Made by a program: the position numbers and the translations under genes | Shown here: piece after piece, positions 37,979 to 47,081 of the stretch | Numbering within the stretch: position 1 is the first letter of the stretch | How the letters are laid out: the number at the start of each line of letters is the position of its first letter | Notes under the pieces: generated by a model | The model's database searches: none | What the model was told of the DNA's origin: nothing | What the model saw: the letters and a program-made list of their open reading frames with translations, nothing else | Assembly (NCBI GenBank): GCA_904419725.1 | Contig: CAJFSP010000006.1 | Location: 954-64,953 of the forward strand | Direction: 5' to 3' | DNA: 64,000 nt | Source: Candidatus Heteroclostridium caecigallinarum | Lineage (GTDB): Bacteria; Bacillota; Clostridia; Christensenellales; CAG-314

Positions 37979-39205
37979 ATGAAACTTCGCCTCGGAAACA
38001 CCGTCGTAATAGGCATGGCCGCTTTGTCAATAAGCGTGCTGTGGCAGGCGTATAACTGGCTTGTGCCGCTGTATCTCGACGGATATCTCAGAGGACTTAC
38101 CGGCGGCAACGAGTTTTTGATAGGCGTGGTGATGGGGCTGGATAATCTGTTTGCCGTCGCCATGCTGCCTTTTGTAACCGCTCTGAGCGACAGGCATAAG
38201 AGGGAAACGGGCAGCCGCATGAAACTCATCGCTCTCGGCGTGACAACGGCGGGGGCCGCTTTTTGCTGTCTGCCGCTGGTGAGATACAATTTGTTTTTAA
38301 TGCTGCTGACGCTGGCGGCGGTGCTGACCGCGATGAATCTTTACAGGGCGCCCGCCGCGGCGCTTATGCCCGACGTCACGCCGCCGCCGCTCAGGGGCAA
38401 AGCCAACGCCGTGATAAACATCATGGGCGGCGCGGGCACCGCTCTCGGGTACGTTTTGCTGTTCGGCGGCGGTCAGGCCGGCGTTGACAGCGGTTTTGTA
38501 GTGTGCGCTGTGGCGGCTGTTATGTTTTTTTGTCTTGCGGTTCTGCTTTTTAAAACAGACGAAACGCCGCCTTTGCACTCGGCGCTGTTCCCCGCGCCGA
38601 AAGAGAAAAAAACAGCGCCCGCCGAAAACAAAAAGGGGCGCTTTTTCGTGCTGGCGGCAGTGTTTTTTTATTTCATGGCGGTCAACGCGGTGGAAACTTT
38701 CATGTCGATATACAGCGTAAGGGTGCTTGGCGATTCCACGGCGGGGCTGACGCTCATGGCGGCGCTCGCCGCCGGTTCGTTCGCTTTTTTGTATCCTTCG
38801 GCGGCGTTGGCGCAAAAGGTCGGCGCGAAAAACGTGATGCTTTGCGGCGCGTGCCTTATGTCGGTCGGCGGGGTGGCGTGCTCGCTGTTTCCTTCGCCGT
38901 CGGCGTCGTTGCCGGCGTTTTTCGTTATAGGCGTGGGCATGGCGTTCATGGTGGCGAATATGTATCCGCTGGTGCTGAGTTTTTGCGGCAAAGACGATTT
39001 CGCCAGATACACCGGCTATTATTACGCCGCGACGATGCTGGCGCAGACGGTTACGCCCGCTCTCGCCGGACTGCTGTTTTCGCCGTGGCTGCTCGGCAGT
39101 ATGCGGGCGCTTATGCCGTATTCTTCTTTGTTTATGATTCTGGCCGCCGCCGCATTGTATTTCGCCCCTGACGACGTTCAGAATTCTCTCAGCCCGAGGA
39201 TATAA
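37979..39205 (+). CDS. MFS transporter (12 TM, substrate unknown)
   Basis: It is hydrophobic throughout, with an MFS loop motif (LSDRHKRETGSRMK). Start choice is uncertain between the ATG at 37979 and the TTG at 37970, and no clear SD is present. Confidence 0.75.
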   Translation: MKLRLGNTVVIGMAALSISVLWQAYNWLVPLYLDGYLRGLTGGNEFLIGVVMGLDNLFAVAMLPFVTALSDRHKRETGSRMKLIALGVTTAGAAFCCLPLVRYNLFLMLLTLAAVLTAMNLYRAPAAALMPDVTPPPLRGKANAVINIMGGAGTALGYVLLFGGGQAGVDSGFVVCAVAAVMFFCLAVLLFKTDETPPLHSALFPAPKEKKTAPAENKKGRFFVLAAVFFYFMAVNAVETFMSIYSVRVLGDSTAGLTLMAALAAGSFAFLYPSAALAQKVGAKNVMLCGACLMSVGGVACSLFPSPSASLPAFFVIGVGMAFMVANMYPLVLSFCGKDDFARYTGYYYAATMLAQTVTPALAGLLFSPWLLGSMRALMPYSSLFMILAAAALYFAPDDVQNSLSPRI

Positions 39206-39405
39206 TCGGCGGACACGTCAAGCGCTTTGCACAGCAGCGCGAAGGTGTCTGATTTGGGAAGTTTCTGCGTAGCGCAGTATTGGGTAATCGTTTCGGGGCT
39301 TACGTTTACCATCTTTGCCAACTTTTTTGTGTATCCCGAATAGTTAGTTTCGTGCTTGACGTTAACCGAATATTGGCGACAATAATCTCCGTTATCATAG
39401 TGGTC
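39178..39405 (-). pseudogene. XRE-type HTH remnant lacking a usable start codon
   Basis: The open frame encodes ...NVKHETNYSGYTKKLAKMVNVSPETITQYCATQKLPKSDTFALLCKALDVSADYILGLREF. The only starts (TTG at 39321, ATG at 39312) lie inside the HTH. Its 3' end overlaps the MFS gene end by ~28 nt. Confidence 0.35.
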
Positions 39406-39453
39406 TTAATATTTATCTTACGATGAAAAGCGGCGGCGCCGCTTTTTGTCGTT

Positions 39454-39831
39454 TTACAATATATGCTCGGGTGTAGGTATGAGCAGGTGTGGAATATGTC
39501 TCGTCAGTTCGGTGAGTACGTCCGCCTGCGCCGCCGCGTCCTGATAATTGCCTTGTTTTATATAGGCGTGGCACTCCGCCATGCGGAAATCCATTTCGGC
39601 GAAATCGGTGTGGTTGAGAAAAAACTCCACCGTTTCACGCCGTTTTTTCCAGTCTTCCCAAATCAGGTTGTATTCTTCTTCGGTGAGCGTTTTTTCCTGA
39701 ATTTTAACCGCCATTTCGGTAAATTCTTTTTCCAGCGCCGAAAAGTTGTCGCGCACGACAAACATTTCCGTCAGACCGAGCCCGACTAGCAGCAGAAAAA
39801 TGACCGCCGCGGCTACTATCTGTTTAACCAT
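39454..39831 (-). CDS. DUF4363 family protein
   Basis: An N-terminal TM helix is followed by a helical domain (WEDWKKRRETVEFFLNHTDFAEMD). It overlaps the upstream DUF421 gene by 8 nt, which is the usual pairing. Confidence 0.7.
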   Translation of the reverse strand: MVKQIVAAAVIFLLLVGLGLTEMFVVRDNFSALEKEFTEMAVKIQEKTLTEEEYNLIWEDWKKRRETVEFFLNHTDFAEMDFRMAECHAYIKQGNYQDAAAQADVLTELTRHIPHLLIPTPEHIL

Positions 39832-40516
39832 AATGCACCTCTCCGCCTATATTGACGACGAAATATTTTTTGTCTTTCGGGTGAATCAGCATTTTGCCGT
39901 TGTCGTCTATCGTGACAAGCAGCAGTTCTTCCGCGCGTACGCCGTTGCGGCTGAGCGCTTCTTCCAGAAAAGATTTTTCCAGGCTGTAATATTTCAAATC
40001 CTGCGGCGACCACTCGCCGTCCACAAGCACGGGCACGGGCAGCGCCACCTCGTCTTCGTTGACCTGTTTTGTTTTGGGGTAGGGTATAACGGACAGCTGG
40101 CCGTTGGTTTCAAACACGGCGTAAGCCACTTCGTCCACTGAAAAATATCCGGCGGTGCGCATTGCCTGCAACAGGTCATAGACCTGCATGTTCATGCTTT
40201 TGAGCGCCTGATACTTTATACCGTTTTTGTCGATTACTATCACCGGCGTGCCGCTCAGCACGTTTTGCAGTTTTTTGCTCCGCCTTGTCAGAAGTATAAT
40301 GAGCTGGTGCACGACGTACATCGTCAGTATGGACACAATGCCGAAAGTCAGCGGCACAGACTTGTCCGCCATGGGGATGCAGGCGAGTTCGGCTATTACA
40401 AGCGTTATGGTAAGTTCAAACGGCTCCATTTCGCCGATTTGCCGTTTGCCCATCATGCGTATGACCACAAGCAAAACGACAAATATTATAATCGCTCTTA
40501 TTATTACCGTCAGCAT
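39824..40516 (-). CDS. DUF421 domain membrane protein (YetF/YrbG family)
   Basis: The N-terminus is IIRAIIIFVVLLVVIRMMGKRQIGEMEPFELTITLVIAE, followed by a C-terminal soluble domain. Confidence 0.8.
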   Translation of the reverse strand: MLTVIIRAIIIFVVLLVVIRMMGKRQIGEMEPFELTITLVIAELACIPMADKSVPLTFGIVSILTMYVVHQLIILLTRRSKKLQNVLSGTPVIVIDKNGIKYQALKSMNMQVYDLLQAMRTAGYFSVDEVAYAVFETNGQLSVIPYPKTKQVNEDEVALPVPVLVDGEWSPQDLKYYSLEKSFLEEALSRNGVRAEELLLVTIDDNGKMLIHPKDKKYFVVNIGGEVHYG

Positions 40517-40597
40517 AGTGTAAGTGTGAGCAACAAAAAGGCGGTTTATGCGCCAAACGCTTTACAAAGAACGCCGCCTGATTTACAATTAAACAAA

Positions 40598-40689
40598 GCA
40601 AAGTAGGTTCAGCGCGTAAAGTGTTGCGGGATGGGAACGTTGCCCGCAAACGAAGGAAGTTTTCCGCGATGCTGAATTGCGTCCGTTGC
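40598..40689 (+). promoter_or_regulatory. THF (tetrahydrofolate) riboswitch aptamer
   Basis: GCAAAGUAGGUUCAGCGCGUAAAGUGUUGCGGGAUGGGAACGUUGCCCGCAAACGAAGGAAGUUUUCCGCGAUGCUGAAUUGCGUCCGUUGC aligns with the Eubacterium siraeum THF aptamer as I recall it. The conserved AGUAG, CGCGU-AAGUGU, AUGGGA, ACGAAG and UUGC-UCCG blocks are present, with compensatory changes in P1, P2 and P3. It lies upstream of folT. Confidence 0.88.
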
Positions 40690-40753
40690 AAAAAGGCGGC
40701 TTTGTGCCGCCGTTGTTATGGACCTGCCTATTTTCTTAGGGAGGTTTTTTTAT

Positions 40754-41290
40754 ATGAACAAAAGTACAAAACTGCTGGTTTACACAGCCGTTCTCACCGC
40801 CTTCGCCACAATCGCCAATATCTATACGATACCCATTAACGGCGGCGGCAATTTTATTTCACTGGTATATATCCCATGTTTTTTCGCGGGGATTTTCCTG
40901 GGGCCGGTTCTGGGCTTCGGCGTGGGCGTCATGGCCGACGTGCTCGGGATGCTTATAAATCCGCTGGGGCCGTGGTTGCCGCTGGTTACGCTGGCTTCGG
41001 GGCTTATCGGGTTTATACCGGGCGTTATTTTCAAATACGTCGGCATAAAAAGCGACCTTGTCAAACTTTTTATATCGATAGCCCTGTGCCTGATTGTCTG
41101 CACATGCGGGCTTAATACTCTCGCCACGTTTTTGGCGTACAGCAAAGGCAAAACTTTCTGGGCGTACCTCGCGGTGCGGATTCCGACGCAGCTGCTTGTC
41201 GCCGGTATAAATTTCGTGCTTATAGGGGCGCTTATCAAGGTGAAACCGCTTGTCAGAATGATGCGTTTCGCCAAAGGCGACAAAGCCTGA
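40754..41290 (+). CDS. folT: ECF transporter S component, folate family
   Basis: It is a ~178-aa, 5-6 TM S component directly downstream of a THF riboswitch. SD GGGAGG precedes the ATG at 40754. Confidence 0.8.
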   Translation: MNKSTKLLVYTAVLTAFATIANIYTIPINGGGNFISLVYIPCFFAGIFLGPVLGFGVGVMADVLGMLINPLGPWLPLVTLASGLIGFIPGVIFKYVGIKSDLVKLFISIALCLIVCTCGLNTLATFLAYSKGKTFWAYLAVRIPTQLLVAGINFVLIGALIKVKPLVRMMRFAKGDKA

Positions 41291-41323
41291 AAACAAATAA
41301 AAAAAGGACGTTCGGGCCGCTGT

Positions 41324-42856
41324 CTATGACAGCGGCTTTTTTTGTTTTTTCCGCGCGGGCGTTTCGGGCAGCAGATTTTTCCACAAAAGCGAAATTTCCG
41401 CCGTGTCGAATACTGTGGCAAGTATGAGATACACGGCAATGCCCGCCGCGCAGCACATAAGCAGGGGAACGACTCCGCCGATAAACGCTTCGCAAAGGTT
41501 GGCGAGCATAACGGCCGTCGCGGCGGACAGCGCGGAAAACAAGGCTATTGTCATGAGCGTCACGCCGAAACCGCCTTTCAGCCCCGTGGCGCGGCAAATC
41601 ATTACGGTGTTGAGCACGGCGGTCACACCCATGCCCAGCCCGGTGCCGACGACAAGACAGTACGCTCCGATGAGTTCAGGCAAAAACCACAGCGAGAGCA
41701 CCATGCACAGTCCGCCGATGAAATAATTCGCAAGGCTTTTGTATTCCAGCCCCAGCGAGTTTTGCAGGCTGGTGGTGAGAGACGCCACGCCCAGCGGAAT
41801 CATTATCCAGCACGAATTGCGCACATACGCGCCCGCTCTGGCGTTGGAAAAAATCAGCGCGCAAATCTGCGGCGCAAAGGCTATATACACGCCTATCGCC
41901 AGCCCGCCGAACAACAGCGTGTAATTGATGGCTTTTTTCAGATGCCGCCGCACAGTGCTTATATCGCCTTTTTTCATGTTGCCCGAAATTTCCGGCACGA
42001 GTGTGGTGGATATGGCGTATGTGAAAATGACGGGAAACGCGATCAGCGGCAGAACCATGCCCGTCAGTATGCCGTATTCCGCCATGACGGCGTTTGTCGT
42101 GAAGCCTGCCGCCGTCATGCGTGTGTTGAACAGCAGCGCGATGAGGGTGGAAAACAAACTGCCGGCCAGCCTTATGCCCGACACGGGGACGGCGCTTTTG
42201 ACGATGGGGCGGATATGCGGCAGCGGGTTTGTAAAGCCGCCGTCGCTCCATTTGTACATGATGAAAGATATCCCTGCCGTCAGTATGTTTGAAACGGAAT
42301 AGGCAAAGCACGCGCGCATAACGCCGTCAAACTGGCCGAAAAAGCCTCGGAAAATAATCAGCGCCAGAAAAATACGCACTACTATGTCGATGATTTCAAG
42401 GCTGCTGTGCCCTACATATTTCTTTTTGCCCCAAAGCGCGCCCCTGAAACACGCGTATAGCGAGTTCGCGAATGCCGCGGGGAGCAGAAACACGCACATA
42501 TACGAAATCTGCCGCGATTTTGTTATGCGTGTCAGCAGACCGCCGTTCAGAGCGAAAAAAACACACACGGCGGCTGACAGTCCCATGCCCACCATGAGCG
42601 CGGCGGTTACCGACCCGTCCTGCCCGTTTTTGTCGTCTATGGCGCCGAATTCCGCCACGCGCCTGCCGAGCACAAAGGGGAGCCCGCTGGCGGCGACCGC
42701 CACTACCAGATTTACAAGGTTGAGCGCCACCTGATACATGCCAAGCCCTTCGGCGCCGATGGCGTGCGAAAGTATTATTGTGTAGATAAATCCGCCAATC
42801 TGGTCCACCGTTGAAAACAGCGTGATGGTGATGACGGTGCGGTATATGTTTGTTAT
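41324..42856 (-). CDS. MOP/MurJ-superfamily flippase, SpoVB-like (stage V sporulation protein B family)
   Basis: It is a multi-TM protein with the N-terminal pattern IGAEGLGMYQVA, typical of SpoVB/MurJ. The tracked GTG at 42808 truncates TM1. A proposed ATA start at 42856 lies 7 nt after GGAGGA (see findings). Confidence 0.75.
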   Translation of the reverse strand: MTNIYRTVITITLFSTVDQIGGFIYTIILSHAIGAEGLGMYQVALNLVNLVVAVAASGLPFVLGRRVAEFGAIDDKNGQDGSVTAALMVGMGLSAAVCVFFALNGGLLTRITKSRQISYMCVFLLPAAFANSLYACFRGALWGKKKYVGHSSLEIIDIVVRIFLALIIFRGFFGQFDGVMRACFAYSVSNILTAGISFIMYKWSDGGFTNPLPHIRPIVKSAVPVSGIRLAGSLFSTLIALLFNTRMTAAGFTTNAVMAEYGILTGMVLPLIAFPVIFTYAISTTLVPEISGNMKKGDISTVRRHLKKAINYTLLFGGLAIGVYIAFAPQICALIFSNARAGAYVRNSCWIMIPLGVASLTTSLQNSLGLEYKSLANYFIGGLCMVLSLWFLPELIGAYCLVVGTGLGMGVTAVLNTVMICRATGLKGGFGVTLMTIALFSALSAATAVMLANLCEAFIGGVVPLLMCCAAGIAVYLILATVFDTAEISLLWKNLLPETPARKKQKKPLS

Positions 42857-42960
42857 GCCGTTATCCTCCGTAGCACTAATTTATTCTTTTCGCCCGCCGA
42901 TTATTATCCGCGGCGGAAAACAAAAACAATGAAAAATCACAAAAAACTTTTCATTATTTA

Positions 42961-42989
42961 TTGCCCGATGAGTGTTTTTCCTGTATAAT
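42961..42989 (+). promoter_or_regulatory. Promoter candidate (TTGCCC-17-TGtTATAAT)
   Basis: TTGCCC at 42961-42966 and an extended -10 with TATAAT at 42984-42989. Confidence 0.5.
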
Positions 42990-43017
42990 AAGTGCGACAA
43001 GGTTCAAGGAGAGAATT

Positions 43018-44148
43018 ATGGTCACTATCAAAAAACTTGACGTAAAAAATAAAAAAGATTTCAAGGTGTGGGTGGATTTTCCTAACAATCTGTATAAAGA
43101 CAATCCGCATTACGTGCCGTATTTGTTTTCCGACGAGATGAATCTCACCAACCCAAAAAAGAACGTGGCTTTCGACGAGTGCGAAGCGGCGTATTTTCTG
43201 GCGTATAAGGACGGACAGGTCGCGGGCAGAGTGGCGGGGATAATCCAAAAGTCTTCCAACGCCAAGGACAACGCCAAAAGGGTGCGCCTCAGCCGTCTGG
43301 ATTTCATTGACGACGCCGAAGTCGTGCGCGCGCTTACCAAAGCGGTGGAGGATTTCGGCAGGGAAAAGGGCATGGACACCGTGCACGGCCCTTACGGCTT
43401 CAACGACCTTGAAAGAGAGGGCATGAGGGTTTACGGCTTTGACGAAGACGCGACTTTCGCCACAAACTATAACTATCCGTATTATCTGCCCCGGCTGTTG
43501 GAATGCGGGTACGAGGTGGAAAACCGCTGGAACGAATACCGCATACATATCCCCGAAGTGTTGCCTGAAAAAGTGGAGCGCGTGGCGGAAATCGCTTCCA
43601 AACGATACGGGCTGCGTATTCCGGAAGAAAAAAATCTCAAAATATTTGTGGAAAAATATCTCGACGAGTTGTTTGACGTGTATGACGCGGCGTACAGCAC
43701 ATTGCCCGGCACCATGCCCATCACGGAAAAAATGCGCGTACAGATGAAAGACCAGTTTTTGCTGGTAATCAACAAAAACTATGTCGCCGTGGTGCTTAAC
43801 CCGGAAAACAAAGTGGTGGGGCTGGCGCTGGCGTTTCCGTCGCTGACAAAGGTGTTCAAAGGTTCCCGCGGGCGTCTTACGCCGAAAGTCATCTTCCGCC
43901 TGCTTAAAGAGCGCAGACACCCGACGGCGATGGAGTTTGCCATCATCGGCGCCCTGCCGGGTTATGACACAAAAGGCGCGGCGGCGCTCATCATAAAACA
44001 CATACATTCAAAAATGATTCAAGACGGCATAAAAACGGCGGAGTCCAACCCGGAACTGGAAACCAACAACAAAATCCAGTCGCTGTGGAACGTGTTTGAA
44101 ACGGAACAGCATAAACGCAACGCCACCGTCATCAAAAAAATTATTTAA
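43018..44148 (+). CDS. GNAT-like N-acetyltransferase family protein (376 aa, function unknown)
   Basis: SD AAGGAGAG precedes the start. The N-terminal half has a GNAT-like pattern (FLAYKDGQVAGRVAGI...LTKAVEDFGREKGMDTVHGP). The assignment is tentative. Confidence 0.5.
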   Translation: MVTIKKLDVKNKKDFKVWVDFPNNLYKDNPHYVPYLFSDEMNLTNPKKNVAFDECEAAYFLAYKDGQVAGRVAGIIQKSSNAKDNAKRVRLSRLDFIDDAEVVRALTKAVEDFGREKGMDTVHGPYGFNDLEREGMRVYGFDEDATFATNYNYPYYLPRLLECGYEVENRWNEYRIHIPEVLPEKVERVAEIASKRYGLRIPEEKNLKIFVEKYLDELFDVYDAAYSTLPGTMPITEKMRVQMKDQFLLVINKNYVAVVLNPENKVVGLALAFPSLTKVFKGSRGRLTPKVIFRLLKERRHPTAMEFAIIGALPGYDTKGAAALIIKHIHSKMIQDGIKTAESNPELETNNKIQSLWNVFETEQHKRNATVIKKII

Positions 44149-44228
44149 TGAACAAAACGCTTCCATACGGAAGCGTTTTTTATTGTCGGGCAAAGAAAAA
44201 GCGGAAGGGGGTCTTCCGCTTTTGTCAA

Positions 44229-46892
44229 TTATTTTTTGTAGTCAGGGTCGTCTGGGATTTCATTGGTCTTTTTGACGAATCTGAACTTTTTGACAATCAT
44301 CGTCACAAGGAAGATGATTACCGCCACACCGAGAATCAGTGACGACAGCAACAGCCAGTTTATCGGTTCGAGAGGCTGAGTCGTGTCGTCGCTGCCTGAA
44401 TCGCCGCTGTCGGTGGAGGAAGAGGCCGTCGTGTCGGTGTAAGAATAATCGCGCACCCATACGTTTTCTTTTTCTGTCGTGTAAGTCACGTCGGTGGTGA
44501 TTTCCTTGCCGTTCTCGTCTTGACCTTTTGTTTCTTCTTTTGTAAAGACGTCGTTGCCCGCGTCATCCTGGCTGCCGACGATTTCGTTGAACTTGGTTTC
44601 GTCTATGGTCTGGGTTTTCGCTTCGTCAAACGCGACTATCGTGCCGCTTGCGGCAAGACCGGTCCAGCTCGTTTCGTCGTAAGAGGCGTCTCTGTCGCCG
44701 ACCCACAGTTCGAGCGCGACCGATTTGCTGCTGTCGCCCGTTTTGACGATGAAGTTGTATTTGAGATAACCGCCGTTTTCATATTCGTTAACGACGAAGT
44801 ACTCGTCATCGGTCAGGTCTTTGATGTCAAACGCCTGTTCGATATCGCCGCTGAGATAAGCGTGGATATTGCTGTAATCGCTGGCTTTGACCATGAAACT
44901 TATGATGTAATAACTGTTTGCCGACAGCGTGAATTTGTTGGACACAAAGCCGACAGCGGTAGGGTTTTTGACGTTTACCGCCAGAATATTGTCGTCACCC
45001 GTGTGACCGAAATAATCGGCGTAATCGCTGCCGAGATAGTTTGTTTTATCGCCAGGCGAAGCGTTTTTAGCCACTATACCGAACAGCACGTCGGTTGCCG
45101 AGTGCGGCGTGTAAACATAACCGCTGTCCGTTTTGTGTCTAGGGAAGCTGATTGACCAGCCGTTAGGGTCGTAACCGACAGGCACGCCCGCGGAGTTTTG
45201 GCTGTAAGCGTTGGAAACAGGGCTGTCGAAACTGCCGTTTGTAATGAGCCCGGTGGAGGCGCTGCCCGAAACAGACACTTTCTTGACGGCGTCGCCCTCG
45301 CTTGCCGACGAATATTCGCTCTGATAAATTTCCTGCATTTCAAATTCGGTGAGATACAGGTTGCCGTAAGTTTCGTAGCCGTTATCAACGTTCACAAGGT
45401 TGTATCCGCCGTTGCCGACATAGCGCAGTTCACCGAGAGAGAAGACAAACTCAACGTAATAGTCTTTGGTGTTGTCAGGCTGCAAAAGGAATGTGTATTC
45501 CGCCCAGCCGCTGTTGACGTCGTCTTCATCGGTGGAGGTTTTTACCAAATCGAACGATTTGGTGTACGACAGCACAGGCTCGCCGTCAGCCGACACTTCA
45601 TAAATCACGGCGTAGAAATACGCGCCGGTGTTGTTGTTGGTTATATCCGCCGTTTTAGCCCAGAAGCTGAAACGGTAATAAGGCGTGGCGGTGGACTGGG
45701 TTATATGGAATCGTTCGCCGAATTTCATCATATAACTGTTGTCGCTTTCGCTGCCCGAGGCGTTTGAGACTTTATAAATAACTCTGTCCGCCGAAGTTTC
45801 GAAAGGGAGTTCGGCAAGGTTGGCGTCGCCCGTTATTTCTTCCGAAGTCATCGCGCTTACGCTGCCGCTGGCAATCATGCTGCCGATGTCGACGGAGTCT
45901 TCCGAAGCGTTTTTGACGAAAGTGTGTGTCTTGACGTCGCCGCCGTTTTCGGAAGCGCCGAGATAATCGACCTTTTTGGCGGAAACAGCCGTGGCGTAGT
46001 CGACTTCTGCCCAGCCGCTGACAGGGCTGGAAGAAGTGCCGAGCCCGACAAAGAGATAAACTGTGCGGGTGGAGGTTTTGTTGCCTTCCACATAAATTTT
46101 ATATTCTTTCCAGGCGCCGTCGGTGTCAACGCCGGTGAACTGGACAGTCGCGCTGTCTGACGAATAAGCCGATGTGGTGCCCAGCGCGATGAAGGCGCCG
46201 TCGCCCTGGGTGACGCTTGTCCTGATACGCACGGTTATTTCAAGATATCCGCCCGACGGAACGGTGAAGGAGTTGGACGTCACCATCGAGTTTGACTCCG
46301 TCTTGTTGTAAAACAGCATTACGCTGCTGTCTTTTGTTTCGGTTTCGTCGGAAGAACCGTCGCTCTGCGTGTTGTCAAAGCCGTCGGTGTTCAATATGTC
46401 GGATATCTGCGCGTCGGTGAGTCCCATGCTTTTGAGGCCGTTGGTGACCCTGTCAGTGTCGTCGCTGCCGAGGCTGACCACGCCGCTGACCGAGTTGTTG
46501 GCGTTTGACGAGTCTGAAAGCGTCCAGTTGTCAGGCAGGTAAGGGTAAGAAACCGCCGAAGAAAGCAGACCGTTGTAAAGCAGTTTGGAAAGGCTGAATT
46601 CCTGGTTTTTAATCAGGTTGCTGTCCGCGTCTTCGGTTGGAGCCGTGTTGGTCTTTTCGCTGTAAAGGGTAGGTTCGTAAGTAGCGAATATAAGCGACAG
46701 CGTCAGCACGAGTATCATACTGAGAGTGATGACGGACAAAGTCCATACCCGTTTTTTAAGCAGTTTTTTGCGGGCTTCGGGACTGAGGTTTGCCGAAGAG
46801 CGGCGTCTGCGCTGCTGTTTGGCCTCGTCCTGTTTCTGCGCCGCGGTTTTCGCCGAAGCGGGTACGTAAGTGAGATTGTTCTTTTTGCTCAT
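44229..46892 (-). CDS. Large (887 aa) bitopic surface protein with N- and C-terminal TM anchors and three jelly-roll/CBM-like modules
   Basis: A basic cytoplasmic N-tail (QQRRRRSS..KKLLKKR) is followed by a TM helix. An ~770-aa Ser/Thr/Asp-rich ectodomain follows, then a second TM helix (INWLLLSSLILGVAVIIFLVTMIV) and a short tail. Confidence 0.8.
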   Translation of the reverse strand: MSKKNNLTYVPASAKTAAQKQDEAKQQRRRRSSANLSPEARKKLLKKRVWTLSVITLSMILVLTLSLIFATYEPTLYSEKTNTAPTEDADSNLIKNQEFSLSKLLYNGLLSSAVSYPYLPDNWTLSDSSNANNSVSGVVSLGSDDTDRVTNGLKSMGLTDAQISDILNTDGFDNTQSDGSSDETETKDSSVMLFYNKTESNSMVTSNSFTVPSGGYLEITVRIRTSVTQGDGAFIALGTTSAYSSDSATVQFTGVDTDGAWKEYKIYVEGNKTSTRTVYLFVGLGTSSSPVSGWAEVDYATAVSAKKVDYLGASENGGDVKTHTFVKNASEDSVDIGSMIASGSVSAMTSEEITGDANLAELPFETSADRVIYKVSNASGSESDNSYMMKFGERFHITQSTATPYYRFSFWAKTADITNNNTGAYFYAVIYEVSADGEPVLSYTKSFDLVKTSTDEDDVNSGWAEYTFLLQPDNTKDYYVEFVFSLGELRYVGNGGYNLVNVDNGYETYGNLYLTEFEMQEIYQSEYSSASEGDAVKKVSVSGSASTGLITNGSFDSPVSNAYSQNSAGVPVGYDPNGWSISFPRHKTDSGYVYTPHSATDVLFGIVAKNASPGDKTNYLGSDYADYFGHTGDDNILAVNVKNPTAVGFVSNKFTLSANSYYIISFMVKASDYSNIHAYLSGDIEQAFDIKDLTDDEYFVVNEYENGGYLKYNFIVKTGDSSKSVALELWVGDRDASYDETSWTGLAASGTIVAFDEAKTQTIDETKFNEIVGSQDDAGNDVFTKEETKGQDENGKEITTDVTYTTEKENVWVRDYSYTDTTASSSTDSGDSGSDDTTQPLEPINWLLLSSLILGVAVIIFLVTMIVKKFRFVKKTNEIPDDPDYKK

Positions 46893-47081
46893 TATTCCAC
46901 CTTTTGAGTTTGGAGTTTTTGGTTTTCCGGTGTTTTATTTCCGCCTTAAACGGAAAAAATCACTACTGTTCATTTTGACTATAAGTCTAGGCTATTGTAA
47001 AACATTTCGGTTAAAAAATCAAATGTTTGGCGTTACATTGTTAACTGCCCTTCAAAAAGCGGAGGTGACAAACTATCTTGC

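Noticed and set aside
40693-40720. Hairpin after the THF aptamer as a classic intrinsic terminator.
   Set aside because: The stem is present, but it is followed by GTTGTTATGG rather than a U-tract. I therefore did not annotate a terminator.
42958-44007. 349-aa minus-strand ORF.
   Set aside because: It is antisense to the GNAT-like gene, which has a promoter, an SD and a coherent domain pattern.
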